DNA from: a virus
Lineage: Duplodnaviria; Caudoviricetes
DNA: 40,682 nt
Strand: one strand, 5' to 3'
IMG/VR virus record: IMGVR_UViG_3300048861_000274
Span: 1-40,682 of that record
Every line of letters starts with the position of its first letter. Position 1 is the first letter of the stretch. Below the pieces are notes generated by a model, which ran no database searches, was not told the origin of the DNA, and was given only the letters and a program-made list of their open reading frames with translations. A program made the translations under genes and the position numbers. This document shows positions 33,821 to 40,682 of this stretch, piece by piece.

Positions 33821-35466
33821 CGGGTCGCTCGATGCGCGCTATCATGGCGCTGGCGCTCGTTTCCAGTGCGATTTCGCCGGCTTCGGCTGCCATCGATACG
33901 CCGGCTCGCGGTCTAGCGCTTCAGGCGAAAGCCGCGACGGGTATCGCGCCGAAGATGGCGATGCCGTTTTTCCGGGGCATCAGCCTCGCCGGCAACAATC
34001 GCTACGTCGGCGCGACGACGTGGCCGTCGCAGGACGGCATGAAGTATTGGTTGAGCAAGAAGTTCAACCTTTTCCGTATCATGACGACATGGAATAACTT
34101 CCAGTCGCCGGTCGCGGGGTTGCCCGCCGGCCCGTTGAACGCGGCCAACGTCGCGGGCCTGACCGCCACTATCAATTACCTGACCGGGCAAGGTGCCTGG
34201 GTCATCGTCGATATGCACGATGGCCTGCGGTACAAAACCAGCGGCCTCGACGCGGACGCCGGCTCGATCATCGGGCAGTCGACGGTCACCAACGCGCAAT
34301 TCGCGAGCTTCTGGGCTCAGATCGCGAACCTCTACAAGGGCAACCCGCGCGTCATTTTCGAGCTGACGAACGAGCCGAACAACCTCGACACGACGCTCAT
34401 GCTCGGGACGTTTCAGGCGGGCATCAACGGGATCCGGGGCACCGGCGCGCTTAACGCGATCATGGTGGACGGCAACGGCTACTCGACCGCGCTGAACTGG
34501 ACGGCGGGCTCGCCGGCGAACGGCGCCTCGCTGCTGACACTCACCGATCCGGCAAATAACCTGATCCTCTCGCCTCACCAGTATATCGACCGCGCCGGCG
34601 GCACGGTGTCGACGTGCTATCTGAATGAAGCACCGATTGACATGGCCAACGCCACGGCGTGGGCGGCTGCGAACAACGTCAAGCTGCTGCTTGGCGAGTT
34701 CGGAGGCGGCAATAACTCGACCTGCTACAGCGCGCTGAAGGAGCAGATCGACGTCACGGAAAGCCGCCGCGATGCGTGGAGCGGTTGGGTCACGTTCGCG
34801 GCCTATGCCGGCCAATATTCCTATGTGACGCCCGACACGTTCTTCCTCGGCATGGACCCAGACATCTACTCGCCGCTTGGCGTGGACGATCTGCGCATCA
34901 CCAATTCGATGGCGTCCTTCCTGAACGACGCCCCGGGCACCGTGACCAACACCGCTGTCGCCGCCACGAGTATGACGGCCGCCGCTGGCACAGCGACCAA
35001 CACGACCGCGCCGGATGGCGTCACGGCTGCGCGTAAGTTCGTCGAGGACACGACGACCGCGAACCATCAGCTTTTCAGCGGAAACCTGACCCCTACGGCA
35101 GGCAAGAAGCATACCTTCCAGTTTGACGTGCAGCGCGATGCTGGCACCCGGAACGTCCGCGTGGTGATCGCCGATACCCAGACCTACGCCAATTATACCG
35201 ACATGATCATCTCGCTCGATACGGGCACGATCGGGCAGGTCACGGGCAACAGCACGATCTTCACCTATGCGACCGGCAGCGCGCGCAAACTCGACAACAA
35301 CGCCTGGCGCATCACGGTCAGCACCATCATCGAGAGCATTACGGGCGCCGGGACGATCAACGCGACCGTCAATTTGCAGCCGGTAGGTTCGACTAGCTCG
35401 GCTGGATACGCGGGCGATGGAACGAGCGCGCTGCGTCTCTGGAACATGCAGTGGAAGGTCAACTGA
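33817..35466 (+). CDS. Glycoside hydrolase family 5 with signal peptide and C-terminal beta-sandwich domain
   Basis: NLFRI, IVDMH, FELTNEP acid/base, HQY, LGEFG nucleophile; Thr/Ala linker; APDG-containing C-domain; GTGA overlap (alternative ATG 33832). Confidence 0.9.
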   Translation: MTGRSMRAIMALALVSSAISPASAAIDTPARGLALQAKAATGIAPKMAMPFFRGISLAGNNRYVGATTWPSQDGMKYWLSKKFNLFRIMTTWNNFQSPVAGLPAGPLNAANVAGLTATINYLTGQGAWVIVDMHDGLRYKTSGLDADAGSIIGQSTVTNAQFASFWAQIANLYKGNPRVIFELTNEPNNLDTTLMLGTFQAGINGIRGTGALNAIMVDGNGYSTALNWTAGSPANGASLLTLTDPANNLILSPHQYIDRAGGTVSTCYLNEAPIDMANATAWAAANNVKLLLGEFGGGNNSTCYSALKEQIDVTESRRDAWSGWVTFAAYAGQYSYVTPDTFFLGMDPDIYSPLGVDDLRITNSMASFLNDAPGTVTNTAVAATSMTAAAGTATNTTAPDGVTAARKFVEDTTTANHQLFSGNLTPTAGKKHTFQFDVQRDAGTRNVRVVIADTQTYANYTDMIISLDTGTIGQVTGNSTIFTYATGSARKLDNNAWRITVSTIIESITGAGTINATVNLQPVGSTSSAGYAGDGTSALRLWNMQWKVN

Positions 35467-35491
35467 TGCGTCCGGCGAGCAGGAGCGCGCG

Positions 35492-35932
35492 ATGAACCTC
35501 GCCGACCTTCAGCAATATTTGCCCGTTGTGACCGCCTTAGGCGGTCTCGGTAGCGCGTTCCCTGTTGCAAACATCCTTCTGCATCGTCGGGAAAAGAAGC
35601 GCCTCGGTGTCGAGGCAAAACAGAAGGCCCGAGAGCAAAAGGACGAAGTGGCGTTGGACCTTGTTGAGCAGCTTACCAAACGGGTCGGTGAGGTCGAGAC
35701 AAGGGCGGAGGAGCGGGTCAGGGCGGTAGAAGATGCTGCTGCCATGGAGCGGAAGCTGTGCGACGCCAAGCTCGCTGCATCCGATGCCAAGGTCGACAGC
35801 CTTCAGCACCAGCTCCGGCTCGTGGAAGGAATGATCGATAGCCTGCTGCTCGCCATCGAGGTCGCGCCGGACAAGGCGGCGGAGGTCGTTGCGAAGGTAA
35901 AGGATCGCCGAGAGGCGAAGAAGGCGGCGTAA
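35492..35932 (+). CDS. Membrane-anchored coiled-coil protein (holin/lysis-accessory candidate)
   Basis: AGGAG RBS; N-terminal hydrophobic segment then charged coiled coil; upstream of endolysin. Confidence 0.6.
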   Translation: MNLADLQQYLPVVTALGGLGSAFPVANILLHRREKKRLGVEAKQKAREQKDEVALDLVEQLTKRVGEVETRAEERVRAVEDAAAMERKLCDAKLAASDAKVDSLQHQLRLVEGMIDSLLLAIEVAPDKAAEVVAKVKDRREAKKAA

Positions 35933-36032
35933 GCCCCGTCAGCGTGGATGGCTCCGGCTGACGGGGCGAGGCCACCCACGGGGCTACGCATTGGCCTCGG
36001 CCTCCAAACAACTGACATTGATGGAGGTTTCC

Positions 36033-36533
36033 ATGACGGAGCCTAACTCGGCCGTTCCATCGCGCGCGCCTGCCGCAATGCTGGCGGTGTGTGCCGCTGT
36101 GACCTCCGTCCTGGCGTTCACCGCCAATAACGAGGGCACGCGGTACAGGGCCTATCAGGATGTCGCGGGCATCTGGACCATATGCCAGGGGCACACGCCC
36201 GCAACGCCCGGTCAGACTGCGACGGCTGAGGAGTGTTCGGTCTTTCTCCGCGAGGATCTGACCGAGAAGGCGAAGGGCGTCCTAGGGTGCACCCCCGGTC
36301 TTGCCCAGCATCCCGAGGCGCTGATGGCAGCGACCGACTTTGCGTTCAACGTCGGGCAGAACGCCTATTGCCGTTCGACCATCGCGATCCGGTTCAATGC
36401 CGGCGACATCCGCGGGGGCTGCGATGGCTTCCTTGCTTGGGATAAGGCGACGATTGACGGCCGAAAGGTCGTGATCGCTGGCCTGGCCAAGCGCCGGCAG
36501 GCTGAGCGCACCATGTGCTTGGCCGGCCTGTGA
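36033..36533 (+). CDS. GH24 lysozyme endolysin, probable SAR type
   Basis: E-x8-D-x5-T triad (EGTRYRAYQDVAGIWT), FAFNVG, GLAKRRQAER; Ala/Val-rich N-terminal anchor. Confidence 0.93.
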   Translation: MTEPNSAVPSRAPAAMLAVCAAVTSVLAFTANNEGTRYRAYQDVAGIWTICQGHTPATPGQTATAEECSVFLREDLTEKAKGVLGCTPGLAQHPEALMAATDFAFNVGQNAYCRSTIAIRFNAGDIRGGCDGFLAWDKATIDGRKVVIAGLAKRRQAERTMCLAGL

Positions 36534-36754
36534 GCAAGGATATCGGCCAAACGGCCTACGAGGCCGCCCGCCAAGTCGGGCTGACCCCGGACAACCGCGA
36601 CTGGAATCCCGGCCCGATGTGCCGCGGCGTCGGGCCGACCGATCGCCGCCGCTGGGAACGCATAGAAAATGCCGTGCTGCGCCTTGCCGCCGATCGGGAT
36701 GCCGATCTGGATCGGGTGCTGCCGCACGCTTGCCTCAACAGAGAAGTGGGGTGA
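36530..36754 (+). CDS. Hypothetical protein
   Basis: GTGA overlap; GQTAYEA...RWERIENAV. Confidence 0.55.
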   Translation: MSKDIGQTAYEAARQVGLTPDNRDWNPGPMCRGVGPTDRRRWERIENAVLRLAADRDADLDRVLPHACLNREVG

Positions 36755-36757
36755 TGC

Positions 36758-37990
36758 GTGGAAAAAATTGATCCCGCGCTGCTGAAATTCGCGAACGAAA
36801 ACCAGGCCGCTGTCGTCGAGGCAGTAAACAAGCACGGCGGTTTCCGCGCCGCCGCTCGAGCCTTGGGCCGCGAGCACACTAGCCTGGTAAAAGCTGTCGA
36901 GCGGCTGAAGGGCATCGCTTCCCGGAACGGCTATGCGCCGGGGCATTGGGAAGGCGGCGTCGCGCCCGGCTACTTGATGGGGAAAGTGACCGTTCACCGC
37001 ACTCCCAATGGCGTGGTCCAGCAGTGGGAGCGCCAGCATCCAGACGCGGATCGGTTCGAGCAGATCAAGGAAGCGATCGACGACTTTATCCACGACCGGG
37101 TGAAGCTGGTCGCGCCGGCTCCGGCCATACCAGACAGGCAGGCAGATGTGGTGCCGTGGATCATCATCGGCGACGCCCATTTCGGCATGCTCGCTCATGA
37201 GGCGGAGACCGGAGAGAATTTCGATCTGAAGATCGCAGAGCGCGAGATGTGCGCCGCGATCGAGATGCTGATTGAGGGGATCGAGCCGTGCGATCGCCTC
37301 GTGATCGAGGATTGCGGCGACTTCACGCACTACGAGAACACGTCGGCGACAACGGAGGCCAGCGGGCACCGGCTGGACCATGACGGGCGCAACCCCAAAA
37401 TGATCCGGGTCTATTCCCGGACCATGCGCTTCATCGTCGACAAGGCGCTGGAAAAGGCGAACGTCGTCGACATCATCATCAATCAGGGCAACCACAGCCG
37501 GGTCAACGATTGGTGGATGGCCGAGCTACTTCGCACCTCCTATCCATCCGACCGGGTCAACGTGCTCGACAACGACAACGTCTTCATCGCCTACCGGATG
37601 GGGAAGACGCTCGTCATGTGCCACCATTCGGACAAGTGCCGACCGGCGCAGCTTGCCCACGTCATGGCGACCGACTTCGCTGAAGACTGGGGCGAGGCCG
37701 AGTACCGCTACATCGATATCGGCCACATCCACCACAACATGGTGCTCAAGGAGCATCCCGGCGTCACGGTCGAATCCTTCAACCAGTTGGCCGCCAAGGA
37801 TAAATGGGCGCACGACGGCGGCTATCGCTCCCGGCAGTCCATTGCGGTCGTGTTCCGCAGCCGAACCTATGGCGAGATCGGCCGCCGCACTCTGCCGATC
37901 CGGCAGGTTCGAGACACCATTCAGGCCGCGATGAACCGGGACGGGCTGGCGGTCTACCTACCGGCTAAACGGCGCGCATTCGCCGCCTAA
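36758..37990 (+). CDS. HTH plus calcineurin-like metallophosphoesterase
   Basis: HGGFRAAARALG HTH; GDAHFG, GDFTH, GNH, HH, GHIHH metal motifs. Confidence 0.85.
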   Translation: MEKIDPALLKFANENQAAVVEAVNKHGGFRAAARALGREHTSLVKAVERLKGIASRNGYAPGHWEGGVAPGYLMGKVTVHRTPNGVVQQWERQHPDADRFEQIKEAIDDFIHDRVKLVAPAPAIPDRQADVVPWIIIGDAHFGMLAHEAETGENFDLKIAEREMCAAIEMLIEGIEPCDRLVIEDCGDFTHYENTSATTEASGHRLDHDGRNPKMIRVYSRTMRFIVDKALEKANVVDIIINQGNHSRVNDWWMAELLRTSYPSDRVNVLDNDNVFIAYRMGKTLVMCHHSDKCRPAQLAHVMATDFAEDWGEAEYRYIDIGHIHHNMVLKEHPGVTVESFNQLAAKDKWAHDGGYRSRQSIAVVFRSRTYGEIGRRTLPIRQVRDTIQAAMNRDGLAVYLPAKRRAFAA

Positions 37991-38004
37991 TCAAGGACAT
38001 CGCC

Positions 38005-38379
38005 ATGACTGCTACCACGCTGGCGCAGCGCGTTGGTGATGCCTTCGCGCGTCTCGGCGGCTGGCTCTATCGCCGGGCCAATGAACGATCGACCTATACC
38101 GGAATCGGCCTGATCGCCCTGGTGTTCGACCACGGGAAGTTCGCGACGCAGATCAACCAGATCGGCGACGCGATGCCGCTGATCCTTGGCGCCGGCGGCG
38201 TCGCGCTGACCGCTGCGTCGACAAGCCCGAAGCCAGCTGCGAGCAATCCGCCGGCCCCCACGGTCGACGAGATCGTCACCGCTCTCGCAGCGGAGCTTCC
38301 GGCGCTCCTGAAACCGATCGAGGCGGTCATTCTTCCGCCGCACCCCGCTTCGTCGCCCGATCCGGCGGCGCAGATCTGA
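38005..38379 (+). CDS. Holin-like membrane protein with Pro-rich tail
   Basis: AAGGA RBS; ERSTYTGIGLIALVF and LILGAGGVALTAA hydrophobic segments. Confidence 0.6.
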   Translation: MTATTLAQRVGDAFARLGGWLYRRANERSTYTGIGLIALVFDHGKFATQINQIGDAMPLILGAGGVALTAASTSPKPAASNPPAPTVDEIVTALAAELPALLKPIEAVILPPHPASSPDPAAQI

Positions 38380-38405
38380 CCACCAACCATCTGAAAGGAT
38401 TTAAT

Positions 38406-38822
38406 ATGAGCTTCCTAGGTCTCGGCCATTTCCGCCACTACACCGATGCCCAATGGGCGACCGTGAAGCCGGCACTTGAAGCGGCCGGCATTTCCGGCAG
38501 CGAAGGTGCGATGTTCACCCAGACGCAGGCTGCCATCGCGACCCTGCTGAAGGACGATCAGCTCGTAGCCCTCGCCGAGAAGGCGATCAGCGACGTGGCG
38601 GCGGATCCCACCATTCCGCTCCTTCAGCGCCTTGCCACTGCTGCGGCGGATGTTGGTCCCGGTCTCGTCACATGGTTCGCGACCGGCGGCGTCACGAAGG
38701 AACTGGCGGACGTTACCACGATCGCCACGACCTTCGTTCAGGAGGTCTACAACATCAAGAACTCCACCTCGATCGCTCAGGCCGTGGCTGATGTCGCGAC
38801 CGTGGCGGCGAAGGTCGCGTAA
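38406..38822 (+). CDS. Ala-rich helical hypothetical protein
   Basis: AAAGGA RBS; TAATG coupling. Confidence 0.72.
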   Translation: MSFLGLGHFRHYTDAQWATVKPALEAAGISGSEGAMFTQTQAAIATLLKDDQLVALAEKAISDVAADPTIPLLQRLATAAADVGPGLVTWFATGGVTKELADVTTIATTFVQEVYNIKNSTSIAQAVADVATVAAKVA

Positions 38823-39094
38823 TGGGTCTGTTCGGCCGGCTCCTTGGGAGCGAACCTCCGAAGGTGCCGGCCGGCGCCACCCTGGTCCTTTGCGACAATC
38901 AGTCGCAGGGCTCGTTTGCCAAGAGCTTCGTTTGGTGGTGGGCCTACGTCCTGCCCGGCGACGAGCAGGATGACGTATCGAAGCAGCACAAGATCAGCCC
39001 TACGTTCACCGACGTGACCTACGCCAACGCGTGGAAGGATTGGCTCGACGATCCCAAGGGGCATCCGTTCCAATACCCAGCCGGTGCGGTCTGA
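38822..39094 (+). CDS. Hypothetical protein
   Basis: Coupled ORF, Trp-rich. Confidence 0.65.
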   Translation: MGLFGRLLGSEPPKVPAGATLVLCDNQSQGSFAKSFVWWWAYVLPGDEQDDVSKQHKISPTFTDVTYANAWKDWLDDPKGHPFQYPAGAV

Positions 39095-39125
39095 TCCGAT
39101 TCGTTGATCCGAGCGTTACACCGGC

Positions 39126-39266
39126 ATGGACACGCCCAAGCCCCCATCCGAGATGACTGATCAGGAGCTTCTGCGCGAGTGGGAGTGCATCGATTGCGAT
39201 GCCGAGGATCAGACGCGGACAGACGCGCTGGCGGCCGAGCTTGAGAAGCGCGAGATCGACTTCTAG
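39126..39266 (+). CDS. 46-aa acidic protein (not in ORF track)
   Basis: MDTPKPPSEMTDQELLREWECIDCDAEDQTRTDALAAELEKREIDF. Confidence 0.6.
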   Translation: MDTPKPPSEMTDQELLREWECIDCDAEDQTRTDALAAELEKREIDF

Positions 39267-39299
39267 CTTGGCGGCACCAAACGCGTGTGAGGCCTCGAT

Positions 39300-39605
39300 T
39301 TAATTCGCCGCCCGCTTCCGATTGAGCGTCTGCCAGGTGTGGATGCCAGATTCCTCGTACTGCTGACGGCAACTCTTGGCGTGGTACATGATCAAGTCGC
39401 TTTGTATCTTCACTGCCTTCCGGAGCGATCCGGGAGTGTCGGTATCAGGGGATGCCTCGACCAGCACTGCCGTCAGAAAGTTAAGAGCCGACAGCATATT
39501 GCGGCTCTCGATGGGCTCGTTTGGCGTGCCGACCTTCGCCATCCCGGACATCATCGCCGAGATCAGCTGCTGAACCTGCGGGATGCTGATGGGATCATCT
39601 GCCAT
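39300..39605 (-). CDS. Hypothetical protein
   Basis: AAGGA RBS on the minus strand; 101 aa. Confidence 0.68.
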   Translation of the reverse strand: MADDPISIPQVQQLISAMMSGMAKVGTPNEPIESRNMLSALNFLTAVLVEASPDTDTPGSLRKAVKIQSDLIMYHAKSCRQQYEESGIHTWQTLNRKRAAN

Positions 39606-39629
39606 CGCTCATATCCTTTGTTAGGTGGT

Positions 39630-40262
39630 TCAAACCGAACGTCGCGTCGGGAACACCGGCCCACGCACGCTCATCTGGTCGGACGGGTATGGTTGCTGGA
39701 GTGCGACCACGTCCTCGTAGCTGCCACGAAGCCAGCGGTCCCAGTCGGCCTCCTGCAAGATCGTTATCATCGCTTTGGGATGAACCAGCGCAACCAGATG
39801 GTTCGGATCGCATGTCACTATCGTGAAGCCGCGCTTATCACCGACGTCCTGCCAGAAGCCGGCGACCGCGAATATCGGCTGGTCAGTGCAGGCAAACCAC
39901 ATCTCGCCCCGGACCGGCTTCTTTCCGTCCCCTAGATCGGTAGGCTCCGGTGCCCACTCGCAGAACTCGGTCAACGGGATAAGGCAGCGGTTGTGCGGCT
40001 TCTCGGCGAGCCGACGCCATTGTGGCAGACCCAACTGGCGGACGTTGGTCATCGGGAATTTGCCGACGCCTGCCAACACATCCCAAGGCATCGTGTCGAT
40101 ACCGCGTCCGTGGTCGTTCTCACGGACGATCCAGGCACGTCCTCGCGGCACCAGTTCCTGCGGGTTGAATCGGTTGTCCCGCGGCCTCTCGACGATCCAC
40201 TTGGACCCGAATCGCTCGACGAGGGTCTCGGGCTCACCGAGGTATCTGGCTCTATTGCACAT
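39630..40262 (-). CDS. SOS response-associated peptidase (SRAP; YedK/HMCES family)
   Basis: N-terminal MCNR (Cys2), TNVR, RCLIP..F.EW, FAVAGFW, HPKAM. Confidence 0.93.
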   Translation of the reverse strand: MCNRARYLGEPETLVERFGSKWIVERPRDNRFNPQELVPRGRAWIVRENDHGRGIDTMPWDVLAGVGKFPMTNVRQLGLPQWRRLAEKPHNRCLIPLTEFCEWAPEPTDLGDGKKPVRGEMWFACTDQPIFAVAGFWQDVGDKRGFTIVTCDPNHLVALVHPKAMITILQEADWDRWLRGSYEDVVALQQPYPSDQMSVRGPVFPTRRSV

Positions 40263-40274
40263 CTTCTCAGCCTA

Positions 40275-40682
40275 TCACCGCTCCAGCTTCGGCGGCACCA
40301 TCAGATGCGTGCCCTGACTGTCGCTCCATCCGGGTCGATGTTCCCGAGCAAGCTTTAACCCTTTGAGCCGGTCGAGCACGCGCTCCACGAGCTGGTTAAT
40401 CGCCGCCTCCCGCGCCAGCCGGTCCTTGCTCCGCGCCGTGACGTACAGCTGCGCCGGAGCCTGTTTCAGCGCGAATCCGACCTCGAATGAAAGGTCGCGC
40501 GTGTCGAGGGTCACGAATTCGGCGATGGCGTGTCGATCGAAGCCCAGCACGGCAGCAGCGATCTTCCGCGCCATCTCGTACTTGGGGAACTCGTTCCGCT
40601 CCTCCGCCTCGAAATCCGCGTAGGGATGCATCACGGAGAAGACGATTCGGGCCGCCTCGCGCAATTCGAAAGCCTCGTTCAT
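40275..40682 (-). CDS. Hypothetical protein (start at window edge)
   Basis: 135 aa ORF co-oriented with SRAP. Confidence 0.6.
   Translation of the reverse strand: MNEAFELREAARIVFSVMHPYADFEAEERNEFPKYEMARKIAAAVLGFDRHAIAEFVTLDTRDLSFEVGFALKQAPAQLYVTARSKDRLAREAAINQLVERVLDRLKGLKLAREHRPGWSDSQGTHLMVPPKLER

Larger units (their letters stand above)
1..40682. mobile_element. Tailed phage/prophage with contractile tail; ends not in window
   Basis: Contiguous terminase, portal, protease, capsid, sheath, tube, tape measure, baseplate, fibre and lysis genes with overlapping start/stop codons. Confidence 0.97.

Overview
The whole window is one GC-rich tailed (pro)phage with a contractile tail (myovirus morphotype). 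The host is probably an alphaproteobacterium of the Sphingomonadaceae type, inferred from gene content only. Left to right: (1) 1-8.2 kb, a tightly coupled early/middle accessory operon with small ORFs, an orphan DNA methyltransferase, DUF4326, an Ead/Ea22-like gene, a TnpB with no transposase, a LexA-type DNA-binding protein, a probable late activator, a NinI-like phosphatase and a winged-helix protein; (2) a late promoter/terminator and an initiator-type tRNA-Met; (3) 9-28.9 kb, a complete packaging, head, tail and baseplate module; (4) 29-35.5 kb, a glycan-oriented block with a signal-peptide beta-helix protein, an inverted two-methyltransferase moron, a second copy of the late promoter element, and a signal-peptide small protein plus GH5 hydrolase; (5) a lysis region with a SAR-type GH24 endolysin, holin candidates and an HTH-phosphoesterase; (6) minus-strand SRAP and hypothetical genes at the right end. 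No integrase, replication genes, att site or CRISPR array is visible. The best candidates for new biology are the apparently domesticated TnpB with a rearranged (Fanzor-like) RuvC site, and three late-region tailspike- or spike-like proteins carrying Sec signal peptides. All family calls come from motif recognition by eye; no searches were run.
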